DNA of 64,000 nt from Minisyncoccia bacterium. Its GTDB lineage: Bacteria; Patescibacteriota; Minisyncoccia; Phycocordibacterales; UBA9973. Positions 27,091 to 39,700 of this stretch are shown one piece after another. The stretch spans positions 24,638-88,637 of the forward strand of contig JBGATK010000003.1 of NCBI GenBank assembly GCA_044229265.1. The letters run 5' to 3'. Each line of letters begins with the position of its first letter. The first letter of the stretch is position 1. Below the pieces are notes generated by a model, which saw only the letters and a program-made list of their open reading frames with translations, was not told where the DNA came from and searched no databases. The translations under genes and the position numbers were made by a program.

Positions 27091-28359
27091 CTAATCTTTA
27101 GCAACTAATTTATTTACTAAATCTTCTATTTTTACAATCTCTGACTTATCTTCAATACGTTTTTTGAGCTCTACTCCTCCAGCTTCTATCGAACGCGCTG
27201 AAACTACTATTCGGTATGGCATACCAAGCAAATCCGCATCTGCGAATTTCTCTCCTGCTGTTATACCAGAGCGATCATCAAACAAAACTTCGATATTCTT
27301 TTGCTTTAACATTTCATAAACATTTTCAGCTTCTTGTTTTATTTTAGCATCTTCACCAAGTACAAGCAGGTGCACTAAAAAAGGTGCGATACTCACAGGC
27401 CAGATTATACCTTTATCATCGGACAAGGTTTCTACAACTGTGCCCATAAGTCGTCCAAGTCCAATACCATAACTACCCATTATCACTGATTTTTCCTCAT
27501 TATTTTCATTAGTATAATTTAAATCAAATGGCGTAGAAAATTTTGTACCTAAAGAAAATATATTACCGACTTCTACTGCTTTTTGTTCAACTAATTTATC
27601 TTTCTCTAGATTCAAATCTTTTAAAACTTCATCATTTAACACCTCTTGATTTATAGCTATGCCTTTATTTTCATCAACATAAATAGTATCTTCGCCAGCA
27701 GGAGTGAGAGTTTGAAATTCGTGTGAGAATTTTGAAAAAGTTCCACCGGAAGCAAAAGTAAGATATGTGATATGGCCTATACCTACACGTTTAAATATAT
27801 TTACATATGCTTGTTTAATTTTTTCATAAAAAATATTATGTTCTGCCTCATCTTTAGAAAAAGAATACAAGGCTTTCCAATAAAATTCCCGTCCTCGCAT
27901 TATGCCTGACTTACTACGAATTTCATTACGAAAAATAGTTTTAAAATCATAAGGAAAAATTGGTAAATCTTTATACGAACTAATGTATTGTTTCATAATA
28001 TTTGAAAAAGCTTCCTCATTTGTGAAAGACAATCCTACTTCGCCACCATTTTTTAATTTTGTTTTAAACCAATTATCTACAACTTCATCATCCCATCTAT
28101 TTGATTTTTCCCAAATTTCTTTATTTTGCAAAACTGCTGTGCGCATTTCAACTCCGCCAATAGCATCAATTTCCATGCGAATAATGTTTTCAATATTTTT
28201 AATCACACGCAATCCAAGAGGTAGGAAGTCGTATACCCCTGCCATCTCCTTATAAATATAACCTGCTCGAATAAGTAATTCAGCATTTTTAGAGACTTCA
28301 TCGGCTGGAGCTTCTTTTCTAGTTTTAGTAAAAAGTTGTGTTTGCTTCATATCCATCAT
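27091..28359 (-). CDS. proS: prolyl-tRNA synthetase (short form)
   Basis: Class II motifs FRNEIR, GIMRGREF, MGSYGIGLGR; anticodon-binding domain. Confidence 0.93.
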   Translation of the reverse strand: MMDMKQTQLFTKTRKEAPADEVSKNAELLIRAGYIYKEMAGVYDFLPLGLRVIKNIENIIRMEIDAIGGVEMRTAVLQNKEIWEKSNRWDDEVVDNWFKTKLKNGGEVGLSFTNEEAFSNIMKQYISSYKDLPIFPYDFKTIFRNEIRSKSGIMRGREFYWKALYSFSKDEAEHNIFYEKIKQAYVNIFKRVGIGHITYLTFASGGTFSKFSHEFQTLTPAGEDTIYVDENKGIAINQEVLNDEVLKDLNLEKDKLVEQKAVEVGNIFSLGTKFSTPFDLNYTNENNEEKSVIMGSYGIGLGRLMGTVVETLSDDKGIIWPVSIAPFLVHLLVLGEDAKIKQEAENVYEMLKQKNIEVLFDDRSGITAGEKFADADLLGMPYRIVVSARSIEAGGVELKKRIEDKSEIVKIEDLVNKLVAKD

Positions 28360-28449
28360 ATTAACCGAAATTTAGATTTTTAGCAAAGAAATATAGCTTT
28401 ATAAATCAAGGGTTAAACAGGGTTGCAAAAACAGGATTTTTCTGTTAAT

Positions 28450-29160
28450 ATGAACCTTATGCAAAAAACAGAAAACAACACAGGTTTAGTAGAAAAAATG
28501 TTCGAAGCAGGGGCTCATTATGGCTACTCTAGAGCACGTCGCCACCCTAGCACTTCAAAATTCATCTATACAACCAAAAACAAGACTGACATAATCGATG
28601 TTGAAAAAACTGAAGAAATGTTAGCTAAGGGTATCGAGTTTATAAAAAGCTTAGCAGAAAAAAATAAAGTTATATTATTTGTCGGCACAAAACCAGAAGC
28701 TCAAAACGCAGTGAAAGCTGCAGCTGAAGCACTTGAAATGCCATATATGGTAGAACGTTTTATTGGTGGAACTATCTCAAACTTCTCTGAAATAAAAAAA
28801 CGCATACTCGAACTCGAAACTTACAACAAAGACCTCGCTCGTGGTGATCTAGAAAAATACACTAAAAAAGAACGTTTAATGCTCTCTAAGAAAATGGAGA
28901 AACTAACTAAATATTACGGTGGTGTTATTAATTTAAAGAAATTGCCAGATGCTGTTTTCGTAGTAGATGCTAAAAAAGAACACATAGCAGCACGTGAAGC
29001 ACTTATTTCTAAAATACCTGTTATTGCACTTTGTAATACAGACACAAATATTAAAAACATAACTTACCCTATAGTGGGTAATGATGCTAGTATTCCTTCA
29101 ATAAAATTCTTTACTGAAATGGTAGCTAATGCCTACAAAGGCGCTGTTTCTACAAAATAG
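28450..29160 (+). CDS. rpsB: 30S ribosomal protein S2
   Basis: AGAHYG, ILFVGTK, GGTISNF, PIVGND. Confidence 0.96.
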   Translation: MNLMQKTENNTGLVEKMFEAGAHYGYSRARRHPSTSKFIYTTKNKTDIIDVEKTEEMLAKGIEFIKSLAEKNKVILFVGTKPEAQNAVKAAAEALEMPYMVERFIGGTISNFSEIKKRILELETYNKDLARGDLEKYTKKERLMLSKKMEKLTKYYGGVINLKKLPDAVFVVDAKKEHIAAREALISKIPVIALCNTDTNIKNITYPIVGNDASIPSIKFFTEMVANAYKGAVSTK

Positions 29161-29177
29161 AAACTAAAATAAAATAT

Positions 29178-29957
29178 ATGTCTCAAGAAATATCAATGGA
29201 TTTGGTAAAAGAACTTAGAAATTCTACAGGAATTTCTGTTATGCAATGTCGCAAAGCACTTATCGAAGCTGAAGGCGATATGGAAAAAGCTATAGCTATA
29301 CTAAAGAAAAATAGTGCTTCTATAGCAGAGAAAAAAGCTGACCGCGAGGCAAAAGACGGTGCTGTAGTAGTAGCTACCAATGGTAATAAAAATCTAATCT
29401 TAGCATTACACTGCGAAACTGATTTCGTAGCTAAAAATGAAGACTTCGTAAAGCTAATGGATTCTCTAGCAGAAATAGCTATAAACGAAGGTGTAGATAG
29501 CATGAAAGCTAAAGCTAAAGATCTGATAGATCCAGTAATTCAAAAAACTGGTGAGAAAATTGAACTCGGTGAAGTTTCAGAAATCGATGGCAATATTGTA
29601 AACAATTATGTTCACAATGGAAAATCAGCAGTTGTTGTTTCCCTATCTGGTGGTGATAAAAACTTGGCTAAAGATATAGCTATGCACGTAGCTGCTATGC
29701 GCCCTGAATTCATAAATGAATCAGAAATATCTGCTGAGACAAAAAACATAATGCTAGAGTTATTCCAAAAAGAAGTAGAGAATGTAGATAAACCAATAGA
29801 AATAAAAGAAAAGATGCTCCAAGGTAAAATCACTAGTTATTTCAAAGAAAAAACTTTAATGGAACAACCTTTCATTAAAAATCCAGATATATCTATCGCT
29901 AAATTACTTGCAAATGCAAATGCGCAAATACTTGAAATAAAGAAGTATTTCATATAA
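29178..29957 (+). CDS. tsf: elongation factor Ts
   Basis: VKELRNSTG, CETDFVAKN, DIAMHVAA. Confidence 0.97.
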   Translation: MSQEISMDLVKELRNSTGISVMQCRKALIEAEGDMEKAIAILKKNSASIAEKKADREAKDGAVVVATNGNKNLILALHCETDFVAKNEDFVKLMDSLAEIAINEGVDSMKAKAKDLIDPVIQKTGEKIELGEVSEIDGNIVNNYVHNGKSAVVVSLSGGDKNLAKDIAMHVAAMRPEFINESEISAETKNIMLELFQKEVENVDKPIEIKEKMLQGKITSYFKEKTLMEQPFIKNPDISIAKLLANANAQILEIKKYFI

Positions 29958-29966
29958 TACAAAACT

Positions 29967-30386
29967 ATGTTCCCTATCTTTTTAACATTATTTTTTGTTT
30001 CAGTAGCTGGAATTGTGGTCCTCATCACAAAGAAGCTTTTGCAAATAGAAAAACTTCGTATTGTTTCAAAAGATGATGTATTTTTTATCGATGTACCTGA
30101 ACTTGAAGATGTCCATTATGTATTAATGAGTAAAATAAAGCGTGGTGGTTATATGGCACTAGTTATAACTATACGTGTTTATCTTTTAGGCAAATACAAT
30201 ACTAAAAAATTCGCTCATAAAGCTTATCTCAAAATAGATAATTTCCTAAAAAAATACAGTAAAGAAAAGTCAGTGAAAGAAAATAAAAAAGAAGCCTCAA
30301 AATTCCTCAAAATTGTTTCAGATTATAAGAAAAAAGTCAGTAAAATAACTGAACAAATAAAGGAAGAAGAGGGCTTTGAAATTTAA
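29967..30386 (+). CDS. hypothetical membrane-anchored protein
   Basis: N-terminal TM, in operon after tsf. Confidence 0.8.
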   Translation: MFPIFLTLFFVSVAGIVVLITKKLLQIEKLRIVSKDDVFFIDVPELEDVHYVLMSKIKRGGYMALVITIRVYLLGKYNTKKFAHKAYLKIDNFLKKYSKEKSVKENKKEASKFLKIVSDYKKKVSKITEQIKEEEGFEI

Positions 30387-30412
30387 AATGAGTGTGCTAT
30401 AAATAAATACGT

Positions 30413-30488
30413 GCCGGAATAGCTCAGTTGGTAGAGCAACGCTTTTGTAAAGCGAAGGTCGTGGGTTCAAGTCCCTCTTCCGGCTCCA
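30413..30488 (+). tRNA. tRNA-Thr(TGT)
   Basis: Acceptor GCCGGAA/TTCCGGC, anticodon loop ttTGTaa, encoded CCA. Confidence 0.97.
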
Positions 30489-30529
30489 AAATCAAAAACC
30501 CATAGACTTAAAAGTCTATGGGTTTTTGA

Positions 30530-31219
30530 TTAGTTTTTATTTAAAGCTTCTGCCTCTTCTTTTTTTTCTTCTAAATCAAAAGTATCTTTTATAAGTTTTC
30601 CAAGAGATTCAGTATCTGAATAACCTGTAAGTACCTTTTCATCCACAACCAATGCTGGGAGTTTGGTGTCGGAAATTTTATATATCGAAAGCATAGAACG
30701 CACAGCAGAAAGGTCTGTTGAATAATCAAAAGAATAAACACGCAAGTTCGGATACTTTTCACGCAAAGTAGAAAGAACTATACTTTGTTTACTACATTCG
30801 CTACAATTTTCAGCTGTAGTATAGAAATACAATATAAAAGCGTATTTAGTACCACAACGTTCTGAAACTTTTTTCATTAACAGATAATCTTTGATTTGAA
30901 GTAGTGAGTAATATTTACGTAAATAAAGAACTTCGTCTTTGTTTAATAAATTCTGCTCTCCCCATTCAAGTTTTTTACTAAGCTCGCCAAGCTCACCTGA
31001 TAAAAATGAATCATTTACATTTTTGCAAGATAAATCTTGTAAAAGTGAAAACTGAGTTTCTGAAGAAAGTACGTCAATGGCTATTTTATTTTGAATACTT
31101 TGTAATTCTGCTATCTTTTTACTACTAAAATAATTACTTAAATAACTAGCAAGAAGAAATAAGCCTATAGTAAACAAGAAAACTATTAAATATTTTTTCC
31201 AATCAATGTTATTGTGCAT
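30530..31219 (-). CDS. membrane-anchored thioredoxin-fold protein
   Basis: N-terminal TM; LYFY...CSEC and LPALVV. Confidence 0.8.
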   Translation of the reverse strand: MHNNIDWKKYLIVFLFTIGLFLLASYLSNYFSSKKIAELQSIQNKIAIDVLSSETQFSLLQDLSCKNVNDSFLSGELGELSKKLEWGEQNLLNKDEVLYLRKYYSLLQIKDYLLMKKVSERCGTKYAFILYFYTTAENCSECSKQSIVLSTLREKYPNLRVYSFDYSTDLSAVRSMLSIYKISDTKLPALVVDEKVLTGYSDTESLGKLIKDTFDLEEKKEEAEALNKN

Positions 31220-31229
31220 AAAAGTTATA

Positions 31230-32474
31230 TTATCGCCAAGCTGGCTTTTTTGCAACTATTGTATTCCAAATGGCTTTTAATAGCCAAAATGGAGCAATAA
31301 TGCTATATATTAAAAAGAAATAAATCATATTCACAGAAAATGGTATTTTCTTATTCGCCATCTTTCTACCTAAGATCATAGAAGTGAAAACTAGGATGTA
31401 TAAAAATATAGTCAGGAAAAGAAGCGATCGAGTATTTATAAAAAATGGATCAAAAGAAGAAATTTTACTTCCAAATTCAAAACCAGAAATACTATAGTAC
31501 TCTACTTTCTCGATAATAAATTTTATAAAATTGGTCAAGAACTTTATAAATAAAAAAGATGCAGTAATTATAGAAATAATTCCTACTGGCACAGTAAATA
31601 GAGCGAAATTACCATATTTTTTTCTAAAAATAGTATTTTTATAATCAAGAGTATTATTTATAAAACCATAAATCCAACGCAAGCGTTGTTTAAAAAGTTT
31701 TTTTACAGTACTAGGAGCATTTGTATATACAAAAGCGTCATTGCATTGCTCTATCTTATAGCCATTGACTTGCATCCGATAAGCTATTTCCATATCTTCT
31801 GTATTGTGTGCATGTCTATAGGGACCTAAATTATCAAAAACTTCTCTGCGGAATACAGTAAGAGGACCGGGAGTCACGTGTATAGCACCCAAAAAACCAA
31901 GCATTTTTTTTACATACACAGCCATTTCGTATTCGGCACCTTGAGCTTTTTGCAAAATATTTTTTGGCTCATTTACGATTATAGATGGTGCCACCGCCAT
32001 AGAGGAAGGCACTTTTTCAAAATAACTCATAATTCTAATCAAAGATTCCTTTTCAGCAAAAGCATCTGCATCCAAACATCCAAAAAATGGAGCGTTTGAC
32101 TTTTCTAAAGCTAAATTCAGTGCAGTATGCTTGCCACCATTTTCTTTTCGTAGAATCTCAACATTTGGTTCATTTCCAAATTGCTTCATAACTTCAAAAG
32201 TATTGTCACTGGAGCCATCATCTATAAGAAAAATTTTTAATTTATCTTTAGGATAATTGAGTGCGAGAAGCGAATGCATCGTCCTCTCAATAGTGCGCCC
32301 TTCATTCCAAGCTGGAACAGCAATACTAACCATAGGGTAATTTTGCAATGTTATAGCACCATCTCGAATTAAAATTCTTTTTCTATTTTCAAAAAAAGTA
32401 ATCAGAAAAAAGAGCTGTGCATACACAGACAAAAATACTAGAGCGTAAAATACTAGGCCGAAAAAGGAATCCAT
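31230..32474 (-). CDS. family 2 glycosyltransferase (processive, PgaC/CesA-like)
   Basis: DDGSSD, DAD, TED and QRLRW motifs with TM helices. Confidence 0.93.
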   Translation of the reverse strand: MDSFFGLVFYALVFLSVYAQLFFLITFFENRKRILIRDGAITLQNYPMVSIAVPAWNEGRTIERTMHSLLALNYPKDKLKIFLIDDGSSDNTFEVMKQFGNEPNVEILRKENGGKHTALNLALEKSNAPFFGCLDADAFAEKESLIRIMSYFEKVPSSMAVAPSIIVNEPKNILQKAQGAEYEMAVYVKKMLGFLGAIHVTPGPLTVFRREVFDNLGPYRHAHNTEDMEIAYRMQVNGYKIEQCNDAFVYTNAPSTVKKLFKQRLRWIYGFINNTLDYKNTIFRKKYGNFALFTVPVGIISIITASFLFIKFLTNFIKFIIEKVEYYSISGFEFGSKISSFDPFFINTRSLLFLTIFLYILVFTSMILGRKMANKKIPFSVNMIYFFLIYSIIAPFWLLKAIWNTIVAKKPAWR

Positions 32475-32495
32475 TGTTTAGAAATTTTAAATAAA

Positions 32496-32804
32496 TTACA
32501 TTTGTGAACCAGATGCAGGTGCGGAAACTTTACAGTCTGCACAACCAGCTTTACAAGTTTTACACTTACAACCAAAAATCATGACTATTGCACAAATACC
32601 TACCAAAACGTAAACAATAGCTTCTACTGTAGGCCATGCACCTAAAAGAATATTCACTAAATTCCAAGATGTAGCTGAACTAGCGAGCATACCAGCTCCT
32701 ACTAAACCCCAATTTACTCCACCTACGATTACTAATATTTTTGCAATCATGGAAGTGGTGCAACCACAGTGCCAATTTTTGCAATTACTTGAATTCATAC
32801 ACAT
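32496..32804 (-). CDS. DUF378 small membrane protein with Cys-rich ends
   Basis: LVIVGGVNWGLVG ... IVYVLVG. Confidence 0.85.
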   Translation of the reverse strand: MCMNSSNCKNWHCGCTTSMIAKILVIVGGVNWGLVGAGMLASSATSWNLVNILLGAWPTVEAIVYVLVGICAIVMIFGCKCKTCKAGCADCKVSAPASGSQM

Positions 32805-32935
32805 AATTTTATTTACCCGAAGGCATTAAATTCTTATAAATTTCCCTTCTGCCGACACAGAAGGATTTTCTTTTATTGTAGCACGAAAAATGCTGTTCTG
32901 CTATAATTAATACATTAATAGATATAATAAAAAAT

Positions 32936-33673
32936 ATGGAAAATAACACCCAAAATAATGCTCCTGAATCTATGCCAGTAAAGAAAAGTTCAAATAATTT
33001 GAGCTCAATAATTGTAGTTTTATGCGTTATAGCTATAGGAGTTTTGCTTCTTGTAAAAACTGACCCTAAACCAAAAGACGCGCGCAATCCTGACAAAATT
33101 AATCTGGATAACCTAAACACTATACTTACTCCGCCTACTCAAGAAGAACATGTGCTTGGTGATTTAACAACTGCAAAAGTTATCATTGTAGAATATTCTG
33201 ATACTGAATGCCCTTTCTGCAAAAGATTCCACGAAACCATGCATACTGTTTTCAGCGACAGTAATGGAAAAGTGGCTTGGGTTTATAGGCATTTCCCTAT
33301 AGAACAACTTCACTCCAAAGCTATGCGTGAAGCATTAGCTACTGAATGCGCATGGGAACAAGGTGGCAATGAGACTTTCTGGAAATATACAGATGAGATT
33401 TACAAGCAAACCAATTCTAATGATTCATTACCAGAGATAGCACTTACAAATATAGCTTCTGATTTGAACCTTGATATAGACAAATTCCAAAATTGTTTAA
33501 AAACAGAAGGATATAAAGAAAAAGTTGACGCTCAAATATTCTCAGGCCAAAATCTAGGAGTAGAAGGAACTCCTAGCTCATTTATCATAGTAAATGGTTT
33601 AATTGTTGATACTATAAAAGGCGCATTACCGTATGCGAGTGTAATGTCTCAAATTAAAAATTATTTAGAGTAA
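32936..33673 (+). CDS. DsbA family thiol-disulfide oxidoreductase
   Basis: EYSDTECPFC, YRHFP, GTPS. Confidence 0.93.
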   Translation: MENNTQNNAPESMPVKKSSNNLSSIIVVLCVIAIGVLLLVKTDPKPKDARNPDKINLDNLNTILTPPTQEEHVLGDLTTAKVIIVEYSDTECPFCKRFHETMHTVFSDSNGKVAWVYRHFPIEQLHSKAMREALATECAWEQGGNETFWKYTDEIYKQTNSNDSLPEIALTNIASDLNLDIDKFQNCLKTEGYKEKVDAQIFSGQNLGVEGTPSSFIIVNGLIVDTIKGALPYASVMSQIKNYLE

Positions 33674-33676
33674 AAA

Positions 33677-34954
33677 CTAATCGAAATAATTTTTCAATCG
33701 GGAGATTTTTTCGTTCTGACGAAGTTTGTCGTGAACTTTAGCTTCGATTTGACGAATACGTTCACGAGTAACATTGAATTCCTCGCCTACTCTTTCTAAA
33801 GTGTGCTGTATATTGTCTACTAAACCAAAACGCATTTCTAATATTTTGCGCTCTTTTGGATTAAGTTCATCTAATACTTCTTTAATTTGATCAGCTAAAA
33901 TTCTACGAGCAGCATCTTGATCAGGACGCAAAATTTTATCATCTGGAATAAAATTTTCGAGAGTAGATTTATTATCATCATCTCCTACTGGTTGTTCGAG
34001 AGAAACTGTTTCTTGATTTATATTTTCTATAACATGAATTTTATCTACAGGAAGGCCCATCTCAGTAGCTATTTCTTCAGCGAGTGGTTCACGGCCGAGG
34101 TCTTGTGAAAGTCTACGGTAAACTTGCTTGTATTTAGAAATTGTTTCTACCATGTGAACTGGAATACGAATAGTGCGAGATTGATCGGCAAGTGCGCGAG
34201 TAATAGACTGACGTATCCACCAAGTAGCATATGTTGAAAATTTATAACCCTTAGTCCAATCAAATTTTTCAACTGCTTTAAACAAACCCAAATTCCCTTC
34301 TTGGATTAGATCAAGAAGTGTTAAGTTTGGACTTCGGCCTACGTATTTTTTTGCAATAGAAACCACCAAACGCAAGTTAGCACGGGCAAGTAAATTTTTG
34401 GCTTCGTCATCACCCTTTTCTATACGCTTGGAAAGTTCACGTTCTTCGGCAGCATATATAAGCGGATATTGACCTATTTCTTTCAAATACATTTGAATGG
34501 AATCATATTGACCACTTTTCAATAGATCTTTATCATTTGCACTTACATCAAGATCGAGCAAATTTCCACCTTCGAGCACGTCAATACCAGCAACACCGAA
34601 TTTTTCATAAAGCTCATCTAAAAACAAAATATTGTTTTCAATATCAGGGAAAAATTTTAAAATTTCATCATAAGTAATAAAACCTCTTTTTCTACCTTTG
34701 GCTATTAACTCTTGGGATTTTTTTTCTAAATCTTCCGCCTTACGTTCACCTGCTGATAGTTTTTTGATTGGTTCTTTTTTAGGTATAGTTTTTTTAACAA
34801 CTTTTTTTATTTTAGCTTTTGCTTTTTTTACCTTTTTTATAATTTTATTTGATGTTTTTTTAACAACTTTTTTAGGTATAGTTTTTTTAACAACTTTTTT
34901 TATTTTAGCTTTTGCTTTTTTTACCTTTTTTATAATTTTATTTTTTTTCTTCAT
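33677..34954 (-). CDS. rpoD: RNA polymerase primary sigma factor
   Basis: [43 protein letters not shown]; Lys-rich N-terminal extension. Confidence 0.97.
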   Translation of the reverse strand: MKKKNKIIKKVKKAKAKIKKVVKKTIPKKVVKKTSNKIIKKVKKAKAKIKKVVKKTIPKKEPIKKLSAGERKAEDLEKKSQELIAKGRKRGFITYDEILKFFPDIENNILFLDELYEKFGVAGIDVLEGGNLLDLDVSANDKDLLKSGQYDSIQMYLKEIGQYPLIYAAEERELSKRIEKGDDEAKNLLARANLRLVVSIAKKYVGRSPNLTLLDLIQEGNLGLFKAVEKFDWTKGYKFSTYATWWIRQSITRALADQSRTIRIPVHMVETISKYKQVYRRLSQDLGREPLAEEIATEMGLPVDKIHVIENINQETVSLEQPVGDDDNKSTLENFIPDDKILRPDQDAARRILADQIKEVLDELNPKERKILEMRFGLVDNIQHTLERVGEEFNVTRERIRQIEAKVHDKLRQNEKISRLKNYFD

Positions 34955-34976
34955 ATTTTTAATATAAGCTTGTGAG

Positions 34977-36734
34977 TTAATTTGTAAATTTATTTTGTTT
35001 TATAATTTCAATTTTATTATTTAAATCTTGGCATTCTTTTAGAATTTTTGCTGAAAGTTCTTTATCTTTTTCTATTTCAGCTTTTTGTAATTCTTTCATT
35101 TTTCTACCAAGTTCTTCTTTAAAATATTCTTCTTTAAAATTTTGCACAAGTTCCATAAAATCTTTTTTCAATTTAGGATTTTGTCCATAAAATATTTCAG
35201 CTTCAAATATCATATCATCTTTTTTATCTTGATACTTGGCTTCAACTTTTTCAAAAATGAGACCAGTGCTATCCGTCATATCTTTTATATATTCTTCAAA
35301 TGGAAATTCTGATATTTCTTTTTCTTTTTGCCAGAAAATAATACCCAAAATTTTTCTTTCTATGTAATCTAACCTAGCAAATTCGCGATTATTATTTTCA
35401 ATTTCGATAATTTCTCTTTGCAAAGGTTCTATATTCTTTATAACCTTCTTTAAATCTTCTTGCAAGCTCTGCTCTTTAATTCCTGTAAAGTCGCTAATTT
35501 TTTTAATAAAATGCATTTGTTCTACATTACTATCTAAAAATGCTACATACGGCAAGACTTCTTGCAGAACTAATCTGCCAAACTTACGCTCGTCATCCAT
35601 GCTATCTTTTTTAGCTTTGTCCAAAACAAACAAAATAATATGCTTGGAATTACGAATTACTTCTTTCCACTTCGGTATTCCATACTTTGAGATAAGATCA
35701 GCTGGATCTAAGCCCTCACCCATATCAGCAACTTTTACATCCATGCCGAGAGAAAGAGCTATTTTAGCTGCTCTTTTTATAGCAGAAATTCCAGCTTTAT
35801 CTCCATCAAAAGCAAGCACGATGTTTTGTGAAAGTCTGCGAACAAGACCTAAATTTGAAACAATATTTTCTTTGGAAAGAGTTTGATCTGAAAGAGCTGT
35901 TCCTGAAGTCGCAATAGTATTACGAAACCCAGATTGATGCGCTAAAATTAAATCCATCTGTCCTTCGACTAATATTGAAAAATTATTTTTACGAATTGTT
36001 TCTTTAGCTTTATCAAGACCAAAAAATACTGCTGATTTGCTGAATATTGGAGTTTCTGGAGAATTTAAGTATTTCGCACTTTTATCATCGTCCTCTAAAA
36101 TTCTACCAGTAAAAGCAATAATCCTGCCTGAAGTATCACAAATTGGGAACATAATTCTACCTCGGAAACGATCGTAAAAAGTCTTACCATCTTTTTCACT
36201 TTTTTTAGCTAATCCAGCAGTTTCTATTTCTTTATCTGAAAAACCAGTTTTTTTTAAGTAATTGAAAAGTTCTTGCCAAGCATTTAAAGCAAAACCAATA
36301 CGAAATTCTGAAATACTTTTTTGACTTAATCCTCGTGATTCTAGATAAGAAGTAGCTTTGGTATTAGCTGGTAAATTTTTCTCAAAAAATTTACCAGCCT
36401 CTTCCATTGCTAAAAATATTCTGTCTTTTGCTGTATCGTCTTTTATATTTTTATAATCGAGTACTACTCCTGCGCGACTCGCTAGCATTTTTAATGCACC
36501 TTTAAAATCGAGCCCTTCGAATTCTTGAACAAAAGTAAAAATATCACCTCTGGCGCTACAACCAAAACAATAATAAGAATTTCGTCCGGGCGACACGAAA
36601 AATGAAGGAGTTTTCTCGTTATGGAAAGGACATCTGGCCCGAAGATTCGAGCCAGAGCTTTCTAATTTTATGTACGAAGAGATCACATCCTCTATTTTTA
36701 ACCTCTCCTTAATTTTTTGTACTGGAGAGTCCAT
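34977..36734 (-). CDS. dnaG: DNA primase
   Basis: [11 protein letters not shown] zinc finger, [20 protein letters not shown]. Confidence 0.97.
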   Translation of the reverse strand: MDSPVQKIKERLKIEDVISSYIKLESSGSNLRARCPFHNEKTPSFFVSPGRNSYYCFGCSARGDIFTFVQEFEGLDFKGALKMLASRAGVVLDYKNIKDDTAKDRIFLAMEEAGKFFEKNLPANTKATSYLESRGLSQKSISEFRIGFALNAWQELFNYLKKTGFSDKEIETAGLAKKSEKDGKTFYDRFRGRIMFPICDTSGRIIAFTGRILEDDDKSAKYLNSPETPIFSKSAVFFGLDKAKETIRKNNFSILVEGQMDLILAHQSGFRNTIATSGTALSDQTLSKENIVSNLGLVRRLSQNIVLAFDGDKAGISAIKRAAKIALSLGMDVKVADMGEGLDPADLISKYGIPKWKEVIRNSKHIILFVLDKAKKDSMDDERKFGRLVLQEVLPYVAFLDSNVEQMHFIKKISDFTGIKEQSLQEDLKKVIKNIEPLQREIIEIENNNREFARLDYIERKILGIIFWQKEKEISEFPFEEYIKDMTDSTGLIFEKVEAKYQDKKDDMIFEAEIFYGQNPKLKKDFMELVQNFKEEYFKEELGRKMKELQKAEIEKDKELSAKILKECQDLNNKIEIIKQNKFTN

Positions 36735-36739
36735 AAATT

Positions 36740-39700
36740 TTATTCTTCTTTTTTAAAGCTATTAACGAAACCTGTTCCAGCTGGTATAAGTCTACCGATA
36801 ATTACATTTTCTTTAAGACCACGAAGTGAATCTACTCCGCCTTTGACAGCGTTTTCAATAAGAACTCGATTAGTATTTTGGAATGAAGCTGCAGATAACC
36901 AGCTCTTGGTTTTCAGCGACACTTCAGTAATACCGAGAATGATTGTTTCAGCTTTTGCTTCTTTTTCGTCTTCTTTCATAATGCGGGCATTTTCTTCCAT
37001 CATTTCAATATTTTCCACAATATCTCCTACTGTAAAGTTTGTACCACCAGCATCTTTGATACGGCGACGTGAGAACATTTGGCGAATAATTATTTCAGTG
37101 TGCTTGCGAGAAATTGAAGCACTTTGTAATTCGTAAACTTTATTTATTTCACGAATTATATATTCTTCAGCCATTTCTTTATCACCAAATTCAAAGATCT
37201 CAGAAATATCCGCTGAACCATCAGTCAAGAGTTCACCTTTTTTAACCTTATCACCAACTTTTACTAATGGCATACGATTAAGTGTTAGCTCATAAACCAT
37301 TTCATTATTCTTGCCGTCTACCTTTGAATCAGATAAAACTTTAATATAACGCTCTTTATCGTCTTTGGTTTTTACTTCAAAAACTTCACCATCAGTTTTG
37401 GAAACCACAGCTGGATTTTTTGGAGTTCTGCGTTCAAAAATTTCTTCGACACGTGGAAGACCAGTAGTGATGTCTGTACCCGCTACACCTCCGGCATGGA
37501 AAGTACGAAGTGTAAGCTGAGTTCCTGGTTCACCGATAGCTTGTGCTGCAATAATACCTACAGCTTCTCCAAGCTTTACCAAATGATTTCTTCCAAGATC
37601 AAGACCATAACAAGTCTGACATAAACCGTGAATAGTTTTACATGTAAGAGGTGAGCGAACAAAAGCTTCTTTTATTCCAAGTGATTCTATTTTTACTGCT
37701 TCTTCTTTGGTAATTAAGAAACCTTTCTTATAAAGTACATTACCGTTTTCATCTTTTATATCACCTGCGAGTACACGTCCACGAATATTTTTAGAAAGTG
37801 GAATTTCAATACCTAGGATATTTTCAGCTCTGACGATCTTGCCTTCTTTGGTGCCACAATCTTCTTCGGTAATTACTACATCTTGAGCAACGTCCACTAA
37901 ACGACGTGTTAGGTATCCTGCTTTTGCTGTATTAAGAGCTGTGTCAGATGCACCCTTACGAGCACCGTGAGTAGTAACGAAGTATTCAATAGGAGAAAGA
38001 CCTTCTTGATAACAAGGAATAATTGGGAATTCAAGCGTTTTACCTTGGTTATTTTGGATGAGGCCTTTCATTCCTGTCATCTGCACAAGTGAAGTCATGG
38101 ATCCACGAGCACCAGAAATGAATAAATCGTAAGTTGATCCATTCTTGTCGAGCGTTGCAGGTAAAACTTTTTCCAAATTCTTTTTTGCTTCTGTCCAAAT
38201 TTCAATAATTTTTTGATATCGCTCTTTATCCGACAACATACCTTCAGACCATTCAGCTATTACTTTTTCTTCTGCTTCACGGCCATGTGCAACAATATCT
38301 TTTTTCTCTTTTGGCACAGACACGTTATCAAAACCCCAAGTTGTACCAGAAATAGTAGCGTATTTGTACCCGAAAGCTTTTATTTTGTCGAGAATAGGAG
38401 GAGTAGCATCTACACCATAGTGCATGATTAGTTCATCTACAAGTGCAGACATACGCTTTTGTGTAATCTCTTCGTTAATAAAAGAAAAATCTTCCGGCAA
38501 TATAGAATTAAAAAGTAGTCTACCAACAGATGTTTCAAAAATTCCATCTGTAAATTTATTGTATTTTCCTTTATTAGTTGCCAAGATTTTTACTTTTGCC
38601 CGAAGACCCACTACGCCGTATTCATAAGCAGTAATAGCTACATTGGGTGAAGAAAAATATTTACCTTCACCTATTTCACCATCGACTGATTTAGTCATAA
38701 AATATGCTCCGAGGACCATATCCATACGAGGGTTTGCAATAGGATCACCATTTTGTGGCTTGAGTAAGTTTTTGTTTGCAGCCATTAATTCTTTGGCTTC
38801 CCATTGAGCTTCCTCTGATAGTGGAACATAAACAGCCATTTGGTCGCCGTCGAAGTCAGCATTGAAAGCCTGACACACCAACGGGTGAACTTGAATAGCA
38901 TTACCTTCGATAAGCACTGGATTAAATGCTTGAATACCGAGACGGTGTAGCGTAGGAGCACGGTTCAGTAGAACATATTTGCCTTGAATTACTTCTTCTA
39001 GCATTGCCCAAACTTCTGGAGTTCTCTCTTCGATAAGTTTATTTGCTCCACGAATATTGAAAGCAAGTTCCCCTTCTAAAATTTTAGCAATAACGAATGG
39101 TCGGAAAAGTTCAAGTGCCATATGTTTTGGTAAACCACATTGATTGAGTTTAAGTTCAGGACCACCTACGATAACTGAACGACCAGAGTAGTCGACACGC
39201 TTACCGAGAAGGTTTGCACGGAAAAGACCTTGTTTGGATTTCAAATTGTCAGCAAGTGATTTGAGAGGACGTTTTTGTGATTGACTCATAGCCTGAGAAT
39301 CATTTTGACGGGCAATAGAGTTATCGATCAGAGCATCAACAGCTTCTTGTATAATACGCTTTTCATTACGCAAAATAACATCTGGAGCATTTATCTCTTT
39401 TAGTTTCTTTAATCTGTTATTTCTGTTTATTACTCTTCGGTAAAGGTCATTAAGATCACTAGTCGCATGACGGCCACCGTCGAGTGCCACCATCGGGCGA
39501 AGCACTGGTGGTATAACTGGAATAACAGTTAAAAACATCCATTCTGGGCGAATACCTGAATAAATCATAGATCTTATCAAAGACAAACGCTTTTGCATTT
39601 TTTCTCTTTCCATAGTGCTTGCCTTTTCTATGATAGCCATAGTGTGTGCTTTTAATTTTTCCAAATCCAAATTCTTGAAAATAGTATAAATAGCTTCTGC

